DNA of 61,284 nucleotides, filler included, from Nemertoderma westbladi (lineage: Eukaryota; Animalia; Xenacoelomorpha), in the NCBI GenBank assembly GCA_032718475.1. It is 3 parts of 3 records of this genome, joined end to end, with 100 filler letters (N's around TTAATTAATTAA, not from the genome) between each part and the next. Parts side by side here need not be neighbours in the genome. Positions count along the whole stretch, not along the records: positions 1 to 30,728 come from JAUCBJ010005289.1; 2 more parts are not named here. The stretch is one strand, 5' to 3'. The notes under the pieces were generated by a model. It was given only the letters and a program-made list of their open reading frames with translations, did no database searches and was not told where the DNA came from. The position numbers and the translations under genes are program-made. Shown piece by piece: positions 12,201 to 23,400 of the stretch. How positions within the stretch are numbered: position 1 is the stretch's first letter; each line of letters begins with the position of its first letter.

Positions 12201-12641
12201 GAAGAAGAAATCAGTGAGGGAGAGAACACAACTGAGGGAACACCATACTCCTCAGATAATGACGATATTAACTCTAATGTAGATCAATGGAGACATTGCC
12301 CTGGGACGATTAATTCAGCCGACATCGCTTCCAGAGGAGCAACTCCTCAAGAACTGACAGATACTCCAGACTGGTTAGGTGGACCCGACTTCCTAAGTAA
12401 AGAAGAGGATGAATGGCCTCCTCATCTCACCACGGCTGAGATTAGACAAGCCAAGGGAGCGGAGAAAGTCAAACCTAAAACCCGGACGAGTAAATCAAAG
12501 TTATTTAAACCCGTGATTGATCTGTCTGTACTACACATTTCAGGGGACGACGCTGTGGATCTAAACTCCCCCGCCACAAATAAATCTGTCGTGGAAATTA
12601 GAGAAAGGGACTGGAAATCTGGAACACCATACGTCTCGTAG
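9261..12641 (+). CDS. BEL/Pao Gag-protease polyprotein with fused RNase H C-terminal remnant
   Basis: DUF1759-like KFNGDEMKWLPF...LSNGEKLRFL. Triple knuckle CX2CX3HX4C / CX2CX4HX4C / CX2CX3HX4H. Protease LLDSGSTGTFI. Pao motif QWRHCPGTINSADIASRG...WLGGPDFL. No YxDD RT motif. Confidence 0.9.
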   Translation: MVEAERRASEETTQLELENLQEKQDYIDKQRTASQMQIISRSTPKRQGFTSSDEGDTTDPEGGGNRSRPSRRRRTPHRQKLPNLPPAVRRQLASVDLGSPEPTDKIIRVERLPTIVDEPEIIGPVLEATPSVIETPVLPEPNSKFPLHSTKLPVPSRIAPESVPVLDAERDINDLSPVVPCLPATMLAAPASAVEWVDEGRRGMDLLLGQLEEQRLRSSQQVREMEGTVQQLKGTVREGRLELQEVQHSIALERDKLVNIQRGIPPPPVTMCQPVRSEVFHAQGMEPTHIYTASEVETPIVNPIKGNYKPVDNHIPYRTDHNPRNLYTDNSILNNTMAQESFTRQMARTEARQAVKVGEIVKFNGDEMKWLPFNEYYKDNIQNSVLSNGEKLRFLIECLEGSSKLMALKFIGHPDGLRQVWDTLNIRYGNRTNIARYLYAKLVAPRKFLSGGIIEFSDEIQEICRQLDWLGKSYEYQSSMVIGAVASTLPKGGVGTRWDKRVLYMMEQQQRDPTMADLMSFLNGEVKLQLLKQSREKTSENKVSEKPVSRRKVTPVCYTDDGESQTSHEENSGKDTERSYYVNKTRKDVSKFKSRTSDRREQVTKTPPTSPKRIHGRKPEERTSVHNTTQGKVSNIKPKCALCDGPHRLSVCDEFLKKSLKDRCDVMWDKRLCYNCLRRGHQRRTCYSDARCAKCGTKHHILLHTEFERTRTSQVSEPELHVQFSDVNDTDHSSEMEGFYTDEFSDENESCYMTNTAVYRALTYETETDNEAHPAIPDRQPSWKAPTSNVGIQEFPVVQLRVHGSGKSFVVNTLLDSGSTGTFIDKELAEDIFAGKPKFRTKLNLSGIMQVWKSTVATDYYVGALSTPQDELGEHSIRSLKMVAIKNFATSQVEPYNWDEDDFTQQHDIPRFNTDYPGVQILIGQNAHEELETLEKRPARPQPLQTYVGRTRVGWYFTGPSRRTLMERLPNDQVHQVSEWEEEISEGENTTEGTPYSSDNDDINSNVDQWRHCPGTINSADIASRGATPQELTDTPDWLGGPDFLSKEEDEWPPHLTTAEIRQAKGAEKVKPKTRTSKSKLFKPVIDLSVLHISGDDAVDLNSPATNKSVVEIRERDWKSGTPYVS

Positions 12642-12920
12642 GGACTCTCACCTCTCCTGCAGAGAGTGATAAATCACTATAGCTCCTGGAATCGGCTTTG
12701 TAAGGCCGTCGTGTATTTGAAGCGATGTTTCCATCGTCACTATTCCAGGACGAAGAGGAAACCTGGAATTGTATTCGAAACACAACAACTCAATCGCCCA
12801 GTTGGTTGTTTATGTTTACTGGAAAGAGACCGAGAACTGACCAGAAACTATGGAAGGCAAGATACTCTTCCCACGACCACCTCCCTAATCCAACAAACAT
12901 CTAGGGACTCCCCAACGTAA
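12642..12920 (+). pseudogene. In-frame Pol tail remnant (post-RNase H SSW motif fused to the integrase C-terminal end)
   Basis: Same frame as 9261 after one TAG: HYSSWNRLCKAVVYLKR followed shortly by LNRPVGCLCLLE, resembling the RP(I/V)xKLCxL end of BEL Pol. Confidence 0.7.
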
Positions 12921-14435
12921 CAGCGTCTGGAGTGGGTGTGTTACTATATTATTTTATATTTGTTTTTATTATTTTTATATTTATGTATGTATTATTATGT
13001 AATTTTATTATAATCGTTTTCTTTAATTTTATTTAGTAGAATGTTATTTTAGCGATTATTTAGTAGAATTAGTGCAATATATATTCGTGTTTATTACTTA
13101 ATTACTTATATTATATATTTAGTGCAACGGCGAGAAATAATTCTTTTTCTCTGTCCTTACTGTCCGTATCATATTATAAATGCGTGACTACAGTAAGATG
13201 AAATATCCGTACTTATTAAAGTACAATAAAGCTCCTACTATACTCAAGTATTATTGGTAAGTAGAGTATTAGGAATGCAAAGTTCAGATCCTCGTGTCTC
13301 GGCTAAACCAAGCTCTGGGTAGACCTTGGAAACGACTTGCCTCTTCTCACTGACATTGCTTCTTGCAATATTGCTCTCATACCGTATATTAAATAATACA
13401 TATAGTAGCGTGATGTCCCTTTAACAGTAGCGTAAAACGCAAAATAAATCTGTTAAACCCTTTGACCATCTGTAATTCTAGTCGATTAAGATATCGCGGC
13501 ACCCACCGATATACTTGAAAGACAAAATTCTAGAATCAGTGGTTAACGTCCCCAGACATGTTCTGGAATAAATCGGTGCCCATCTTAAATATTAAATAGT
13601 TAATATTTATAAAAATCTATTAAAACAAATGTTATAATAGAGTAAATGCATACAAATAAACTCTAAGGAGTTTGTAAACCAAGAAAATCTATAAATCAAA
13701 ATCTGTTAAAATTTAGATCCTTTAAAAATTCTAGTCGATTAAGATATCGTAGCACTTACCGATACTCTTAAAAGGACAAATTTCCTAGAATCAAGTCCCC
13801 AGACATGTTCTGGAATAAAATTGTGTCTATTTTAATATTAAATAATAAAATTTACGGGAATAAATTTAAATTCATATCCTCTCATGAATTTGATAAATTG
13901 TCATTTTATACAATTTATAACATTCCCAAAATTCCATTAATTAATAGATCATGGGAGCGGAGATTCACCCTATTAAGTATATTAGCGTGAGAGAATCTCC
14001 AATATATAGTCAATAGCCGATAAAATTCATAAAATCATGTATAAAGGGGAATATTGACAATTAAAGAATTACTATTAAATAGCATCCCAGATCTGTATGC
14101 ATGTGAATTACCCTAATTCTACTGCTAGCTTTCCATAATGTCACCATGGCAACAACCATGCTAGAATTAGAAGTGATTTAAAAGAACAATAAAAAGCTTG
14201 CCCCATTGAATAGCATACGGAATAAATAGCGCACTGCTAGTATCCAGGGATACATAATAATAACGTGGCATTCTGGAAGGCACTTGACTAACGGACAAAT
14301 GGCCCGAATGGCCCGAATGGCCCGTACATCAGCGCTGAGGAGCTTGCGCTGTCCGGGGGCATTGAGGGGGAGGCAGCAACGACCGCTAGCCTAAATTATA
14401 ATTAATTATAATATCGATAAACTCATATAGCAGCT

Positions 14436-15977
14436 ATGACTGATGATCTTGGTATCAGGGAGTGCTATACCCTACCATTGCAAGCGTTTGTTGATAGCCT
14501 AATACGCGGCGACGCTAGTCCCACTACTACGGAGGACGATGGCCATTATATCGAACCGCCAAAGTCCAAGGAACAACTCACGCGTGAATTGGACTATAGA
14601 AAATTCACCGCTCGCTATACGCATCGTAATGGTACGTATATAGACTTCTTTACTACTGGCCATCCTATCGATTTACATGATATGGACGATGTAGACACCG
14701 AAAGGGAAATGATCCTATTTAAATATCATACCCAGCGGAGTCGGAACGATAAACTGAGAATCGAACACGAAATTTCTATTCGAAACTAACTCGAAAGAGA
14801 AGACGTTAAAGAACCGGATAAACGCAGTGACTTCAACGTTTATTTGGAATTCTTGAGAGAGACATTGTAAAACTGGAGAAAGATCACCAGCGTTTCCCCT
14901 ACAAGACGTGCGTCTTTGGTATTATTACGATGAATGCCCTAGACCCAACCAACACACGGAAAGACATAAACATCCGCAGAGACGTTGCACTAAACACAGT
15001 TTTACTCGCTATATTTACGGGAGTTTCGAGCGAAACTTGTTCGACGTATCACCTACGCTCGCTCGACTCAAACGATCCTTAAATAAACCGATGATCAGAG
15101 TTCCGGAATACTCGGTCAGACCTCCTCATTCCCTGGTGAAACCTCAGACTCTTGATCCTAATAGTATGACGGCTCCTCCTGAACTGTACTCATTGTTCAA
15201 AGATCTAGTGTTACCTGAAGATTTAGTCGGTGGCACTCCGGTTGTGGGCTCCCTAGATATTCGCCCATCCTACCTAGCTGGATTGGGATGCGGACATTTA
15301 ATATCGCCGTTCAACCCGTATAATCGTCCCGGTTTAACCCCGATACAACCTGTCACCGAGGTGGAGGAGAGAGTTGTACGCAACGCGTTAGACACTATTC
15401 GACAAAAGATCGGAAAAGGAACCTACGATTGTTTAGAGAAACGTAAATTGCAGCAGCAAGTCCAAGCGGTAAACGAATTAGCTTTATCTCAGTTCGATGG
15501 GGAAATCCAGAATCTCTAAGAAGATATTGAACTTGGACGACCCTACTCTCTAAAAGAGTTTTAGACGAATGCTTCCAACGACAAGCGGAGGAAAATCAGC
15601 TCGAGGAGAAGCATATCGATTTCGACAGAGCCCGAGAACGCGAGTCGGAAAAAACCATCAAACCGAGGAAATTTCTCACTACACACGGTCCACCTACCGC
15701 TCTCGTGCAAACGACCCGCCAGGGACCAGTAAGAGCTGCTGTCTTGAAACGCGCTCTGAAGGTTGTTCGACCTCGTTCCACTGAGGTTGATACCGATCAA
15801 CTGAGTACCTCGACCGGCGGATACACCGACCGTAATCCTAAACCTTCCGATGCAATTGTATTGCACCCTTCACCCAGGAGTTATAGCCCTCCTAGTAAAG
15901 TGTCTCGCCCCAAAGAGAAAAGGACTCTTGCTAGCCTCAAAAAACTGCGTAAATGCCGTTCGCGTAAGAAAGACTAA
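14436..15977 (+). pseudogene. Accessory ORF of ~510 codons in the env position, broken by 2 stops and 2 frameshifts; function unknown
   Basis: ORFs 14436-14789, 14908-15519 and 15705-15977 can be joined by reading through TAA 14787 and TAA 15517 and shifting frame near 14860 and 15560. The block is GC-richer than its flanks. Confidence 0.65.
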
Positions 15978-16055
15978 CTGTTTAGAGTATTTTTATATTT
16001 TAGAAACTGTGATTTTTTATATTTTATAGAATTAAATCCCATTTTCTGGGAGCGG

Positions 16056-17251
16056 TGTAAAAGCTTTTGCGGATATAACAGGCCATTTTCTCCGCAATGT
16101 ACCGTGAAGGTGTTTTAGCGGACATAACAAGCCATTTTCTCCGCAATGTACTGTGTGGGTATTTTAGCGGACATAACAAGCCATTTTATGCCGCAATGCG
16201 CTAATACTCTAAATAGATTGTAGTTCAGATGACGAAATCTGTCAGCTGATTTACTGTCGATGTGGAACCTCTCTTTGTTCAGCTCGCTCAGCCAATCAGA
16301 GCGATTTTCATTTTATCTTGCACAGAAGCCTACGGAAAACCGCGCAACGCATTACGGTCTTTGTTTACCTTTCTGAGCGAGAACAACTGCTTGGAAATTC
16401 TTCTGTACTTCTGTGTTGGAAGTTTCAGACTTTGACCTAAACATCAGAAACATCAGATGGCTTTGATTACAAGAACGTAAAACTATTAACGCGGCACTAT
16501 GCAACGCGATTCAACTACCGCATCACACTGCAAGTCAACATTGCTGCACATGGAACACTGCATCAGTAACACATACTGACTGTTCACCGCATTATTTGAT
16601 TCTGTTATTAATTGGTGTTATGTTGGTGTATATTGCTGATATATTTGGAGAATACCGATGAATAATCATAAAACCCCCAATCTTCTTGATTACTAAGGTT
16701 AGAGGAACAGGTTTACCGGTAGCAACTGCGACTTACATTATAGTGGTTTTTGTAAGAATTAAATGCTATTTCATAATCCCTACATGTGTCAGTTGCGATC
16801 CTCCTTATATATGATCAAATTCAGTGACGGTCGGCAGATCAGTGCGCAGTAGTGTGAACTAGTGTGAAGTCGTGTGAAGTAGTGTGAAGGTTAATAAAGC
16901 ATCGCCTAAAGAATGCGCTTTTTACGAAACTCAGTAGCCATCCAGTTGTGATTAGTATAAGTCATAACACTGTTTTATACTTAAAGCGCCACGTCCTAAA
17001 GGAACTGTTAATATTTCCCCGAAAGTAAATATATTGTCAGAGATTATATATTAACGATCAATCGAATAATACAGTAGGTCTACACTGCAATCACTATCAA
17101 AGCATCCGAATCCAGTCTCCCCTAACTGTGGGTGAATGGTCGCGCACAGACTGGCTTCGGCTGATGTAACTTCAGTACATTAAATAATTGATATACAAAA
17201 AGAAAATTAAAATTGGCAGGTTAAACTGCTAAAGGTCTAAAAGCGCGAACA
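16056..17251 (+). repeat. 3' LTR (complete, TGTAA...GAACA)
   Basis: Follows the PPT-like tract at 16045-16055, opens with three ~53 bp tandem units and matches the 5' LTR. Confidence 0.93.
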
Positions 17252-17467
17252 CAGAGACCTAGCCAGAGAATTATTTTGAAAAATACCTGAGACCAGAGCC
17301 AGAGATCAGACACTTTGCATATTTTTCTACAGTACTTTACAACTTTATGAATTATGCCTTGTTGTAACTTTATGATTTATGAATTACCAGTACCGAGTAA
17401 GTTGAACGTACCAGCAACGGCTGTTAGCCCATTACTTTTAGCCGGAATTCTTTCGTATATAACTTAC

Positions 17468-20400
17468 CATCCGACATTTTTAGCCCTGCAGTTCATCCGG
17501 TATGTCCAGTAACTGTAGGCCCCGGTTTTATCCGGATACAGATTGCGGAATGTGTCCACGAATCCTTCCCCCAGAAGAGACGTAAACCCGTCGATTTCCG
17601 CCTGAGTATAACCCGCCGTCTTATTGTAGTTCGATTTGGGATTCTTTAGGTCTGAAAGGAAAATATAATAAATTACAATCTAATAAAAATATGTGAATAT
17701 AATAAAATAAGAAGCGAAAGCTACATGTAGCTGCACCGATCGAAATTAGTGCCGACTGCCTGGCAGATGCGTTCACGATGAGTTCATAACAGACTAAAAA
17801 TAAATTGTAATAAATTAAATTAACTTTAAGTTGAGATTAAAACTGATTTTTGGCAAAACTTGATATTACGAGATATTACAATAAATAACAGAGAATAATA
17901 ATCTTATAATAATCAGTATATAATAATAATCCACTTTAGTAGGCCTATACACCTTCCCCGTAATATACTGTACATTTGTGTCATTTTCCGATGACACGAA
18001 CCCCCCCCCCCCCCCCACCCCCAGATTTTTCAACAAATCTTTATCATATTACTTGAAATTTGAAACACAACTAGTTCAACTCACCGTGGTTGTTACTACC
18101 TTGAAGCCGCAATTTTCGATTTTGCCTTAAAACTTACATTTATTATAAATTTTTCCACCTTCCGTAGGCCTATAGTGGCCATTCTTCACATTAGTCGTAA
18201 TTTTTGTATTTCATATCATTAGAAAGAATGCGTTGCAAGGATTCCACATATATAACAATATACGAATTTCGTTGAGAAACAGCTGAGATATATAAGATAT
18301 ATGTTCAATTCAAAGATTGCAAAAATTATCGTTCTCTGTCGGCTATTTCTTCTATCTAACAAATACACAATGTTCTTGAACATTCTGTTTATGTACATAT
18401 AAATCATATAAGGGGGGACTTTCGACGCAGTAAAAATTAATCTCTCTCCAGGGAAAATTCGACGCAAATAACAGCTGATTACTCTCAAAAATAAAACTGC
18501 AACGCATGTTCTATTGTGTTTAGATTATTGTTTTTGGTTAAAACAACGTACCACTGTAACCTGCTCCTTTCCTTAAATTGCTGAATTTAACATTGAGGTG
18601 GGAGATTAGTTCGCCATGATGGGATTAGCGTTCAGTCCCCCCCCCCTCCCCCCCCCCCCCCTGTTTCACGGCCAAATAATAACATACAGTAATGATAAAT
18701 ATCTCGCACTTTGGTCTAAAAACAGTCACGTAAGTGATACATAAATGTGGGCCTACCTACTGTATGTATAAAAATGTATACAGCACGTTCCCTTCGGCCG
18801 GTAATACCTGTGTAAGGTAAAGGGGGTGGGGGTATTGTGTTACAATTGAAATTTTGCACTTTAGTTTTTATTTAATTTCATCCGGAGTTATAGCAAATCT
18901 GAAAATGGCTTACCAAGAAATCACCTATTTCTTGAGATATATGGATGTCTGTCCGGCAAACTGTCGCGTTGGTCTCGGTCTGTCCGTCAAAACATTAGAA
19001 AGAACACTATCCAGATAAAAATTTACTACAGGGATTTTCTGGGACGCCGGGACGGTGATTTCAATTCCGATAAAAATTTTTAAATTTTGTCTGTCTGTAT
19101 GCCTTCCGTCAACAAAGATAACAGACAGCGGGACAGAAAAACCTACAGGTTTGGAAGCAAATGTGATAAGAAAACTGACATAGGCAATTAATCGGAATAA
19201 TCTTCCATAACAAAACCTTTAGATCGGTGGTGTGCTTGCCTTTTATTTTGACAGACAGACCGTCGGACAGACAGACAGACTGATCGGCAGACATATAGAA
19301 AGAATAAAATACGTTAAAGGTGAAATCAAATCACTATTCGACCGCCAGTTCTCAACCATTTTGCACGTATTTGTAATCAAATGTAAGCTTGTATGTCTGC
19401 AATAATAAAATTCGACCAGTTTTTTATTATTGTTCATAATTAACGACGTAATCATCTCACAACAACAGGTTATAAGTTCTGTAAATAAAGCATAACGAAG
19501 AAGTAGCATTTTATCAAAAATATAATTCTTACTCTGGACGCTAAGTGGTGTAAGAATGTAATTTTTTGAAAATTTTTTATTTTAGTACGCCAAAAATGAA
19601 TGATATTAATTTCTAAATATGCATCGCTAATTATATGACATTCCTACTAAAACTGAACTGTACTAAGTCAATCAGTTGTTACACAGTACAACAGTTGGAT
19701 TAAACCAGGAGTTATCCTACCATGTTTGCAGTAATTGCTGCTATTGTGCGTTATTTTAATATCATACAGTAGGCTTAGAATTGTACAGTATAATGATGGT
19801 TTTCCACATAATTATTATCTGATAGGATTGGTTTAGTGATGGTGTCCACGATAACTTATTAATGCATGGTAGCAGTTGGCATCCACTGCTTACTGACTTA
19901 TACTGTACTATACGCTAAATATAGGGCCTACTGTACTGTAGATCCGCCAGTATAGATATTGGTATGCTTGACTCTGACTACTAACAGTATTAAAATACAT
20001 TTCAGTGGCAGTTACAGGATTGTAGACCAGGCTGCACACTAATTGTTCACTTTAGTATTTTATTCCGATTTTTTTCCGATCTTTTTACGTTATTATTAAT
20101 ATTACTTTTTATAATTATGTTGTTATGAATTTCCAATGAAACTAACATAGTACTGTGTAAGTAATTTGTAATTACATTTAAGTCATTTCATGTAAATATT
20201 ATTTTATAATAAATAAGTGAATTGTTGTGGAGTGAGTGACGCGGTGTATTAAATATACAATGTAATAATGTTGATATTTTTCGCTATGGAGAGCATTATC
20301 ATATTGTCTTATTTACATTAAATATTATTTAGAAGAACACGTGGAAACCAATGGAAGAACATAAACCAAACCTCAGATACCCAACCTAATTTTATAAGCA

Positions 20401-23400
20401 TTCTTAGTAAGTAGGCCTATTTTTCCAACACTGCCCAACATGGTGACTCAAATCCTCTACTCCACATACAATAATGTACCTGCCCCATCTGCCATATTCG
20501 TACCACCCACATATCACACATATACAGTAAGATCTATACCACATATCACCCATACATATACCTGCCATATTTGTCCACATATCACACATATATATAACCT
20601 GCCATATACATACCACCCATATATCACCCATATTATGTACCTGACACCACATACCACCCATATTATACATGTTTACATGTATCTATCCCATCATAGTAGA
20701 CATGTACCGTACAACAAGAGTCCCACAAGAAATGAAAACAAATAAGTTGGTGCCAGTCCCCAAGAAGGGCAACCTAACACTCTATGGTTCTTTTCGGGGA
20801 ATCTCATTGATCTCGATTGCTGCAAAACTATACAATAGAATTCTATTAAATCGCATCAGGGATCCCATAGAGAGACTGCTACGTGGAAATCAGAATGGGT
20901 TCCGTAAAGGTCGTGGGACCATGGAGCCCATTTTGGCACTTAGAAGGATAATTGAAGAGTTATCAAAAAAGAAAGACAGGCATCTGGCTGTTATCTTTGT
21001 TGACTTCTTCAAGGCCTTTGATTCAGTCTCTCGCTCACGTATGTTCAGCATACTTTCATTATATGGGATTCCTGATGAAATTATTGCAGCAATCAGATCA
21101 GTATACGATGGTTCGACAACATTTGTGTCTACTGTTGACGGTGACACAGAACCATTTGAAGTGTTATGGGGCGTACTCCAAGGAGACACACTTGCACCAT
21201 TCTTGTTCATTATTGTGGTTGACTATGTTCTACGCATGTCCTTAGATCATCATAATGATGATGGGGTGATGATAACTCCACCTACTGGCTCCAGAAGTCG
21301 AGGAAATCCTGCCAAGTACCTAACTGATCTAGACTTTGCTGATGACTTAGGAGTACTCTCAGAATCATTAGAGGGAGCCCAGCGGCTCCTCAGCTCATTA
21401 GAACATGCTGCTTCAAGTGTTGGTCTTTTTATTAACTCCAGAAAGACCAAAATTCTGACAGTTAACTTTGAAAGTCCTCAGCAAGTCTCTGATCGGATGA
21501 GCATAAGCTCAAAGGATGGTATGCTTGAGCATGTGGACGACTTCTGTTACCTGGGATCATGGATCCGGAAGTCAGGTGAGGACCTTCGAATACGTAAGGG
21601 AAAGGCATGGGCAGCCTTGAATAGGCTTTCCAGGATTTGGAAGTCACCTAGAATTAATCGGAAACTTAAGGTCCGATTATTTAGAGCAGCAGTAGTTCCA
21701 GTACTCCTCTACGGGAGTCCATGCTGGGCTCTAACTGCTGAGGACACCAAATCTCTGGATGGCACATTCACAAGAATGCTACGCCGGGTACATTGTGTCA
21801 AGTACAATGCACACATCTCCAACCAGACACTATATAACATTGGAGGTGTCTCATTGGTTCCCCCAAGCTTGACACTAGAACAAAATCGCCTTCGCTTTGC
21901 AGGACATTGCTTTCGCCGTGAGGACCAGCCAGTGCATAATCTTGTACTTTGGCAGCCTCATGGAGTGAATAAGCATGGTGGACAGCCCATGACTTTCTTG
22001 AGACGCATCTTAAAGGACACTGGCCTTAAAGATGCGGATGATCTAGCAAATGTCATGGGTGATAGGGAGTTGTGGCGGTGCAATTTTGTTGACAAGCCGG
22101 CACAGCATTCTTAAAAATGCAGCTGCAATGCAGCATGCCGATCCTAGTAGTAGTATTATACATGTACATACCATATATATATATATATATTCCACATATC
22201 ACCCATACAATCATACATGTACCTACCATATATGTACCAAATACCATCGTCCTATCATATCGTGGTTAGTGTGATCTTAAATCTCGATCGCTTTAAAGGT
22301 ATGTACTCAGCAATTTTGGAACTTAGAAGAATCATTCAAGACCTCCAAAGTAGGACAGTTGATTGCCTGTCATTTTCTAGACCTGTCAAGACATGTCCTG
22401 CCAAGACCGCGGATGTTGAAAATGTGTATTTCAAGACTGATCTGATTCCTGATGGAGATGGAGTCATAGCTGCTATCAGTTCAATTTATCAGAGACACCG
22501 ACACATCAGCAAGGTGTTGCCATCATTCTATCTTCATGGTCTACCGTAAGGACATGCGTAGACCACTGTGTCACCATCGGCAGTAACACAAATTACGTCA
22601 AACAATCGCATAGCAATGACATTGCTGCAATAATTTCCTCAATAATCCCATAATGAAAAGCAAGCAATGCTTTAAACAATAAAAAGGTCAACTGTCGCTG
22701 TCGGTCGTCCAACCTATGTCTAGAAAATTTCTCCTCACAGATTTAAAGCAAAAGACTACTAATGTCAATAAAATATACATATCAATATCAAAACAGTTTA
22801 GACTGGTTCCAATCCAACGACCAACAGTTACGTACACTGAGCAAAACCTACTACAGTAGAAGAGGCCTGTTTGTAGAAGATATTTCTCACTTTCACACAA
22901 TCACCAAACATCATTGAAATTATAATTTCCCGCCACCGCCACCATACCTATTCCTACACTATTCCATCTCAATCATTAATAAACTTTGCTTTGCTACAAC
23001 ATGTGTTTTTATTCTTAACTGAGATCAGGAGATAGGGTAGCAGGTAGGTTAGACGTTATAATGTTGGAGAGTTGTAGATAGTAAGTAGTTCTGTAGTTGG
23101 CCTAATACATTCTCTGGTATATCAGTATATGGATATAGGCCATACCACATACCAGCATACGGATGTACGGCGTTATACAGTTATAGGCTATTCAGAAATC
23201 GATACGGTCTGACGGTAGGGACATATATTTACTTAGGCCTAATTATCAATAAATAGGGCCTAGAGTTGTATATTATTAGATAAGAATTCAGTCGTAAATT
23301 ATACCTAAGTTATAAAATATGGCTCAACAACCAGGGATCCCGAAGTCGGTAAAGTTCCTTTTGGGCGGCTCGGCGGGGATGTTAGCAACGGTATTCGTTC

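Larger units (their letters stand above)
4837..17251 (+). mobile_element. BEL/Pao-family LTR retrotransposon, non-autonomous (gag-protease only, plus accessory ORF)
   Basis: Direct repeats 4837-5979 and 16109-17251. The 3' LTR runs TGT...ACA and is preceded by purine-rich TCTGGGAGCGG. Internal BEL-type Gag zinc knuckles, aspartic protease and Pol remnants. Confidence 0.92.
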
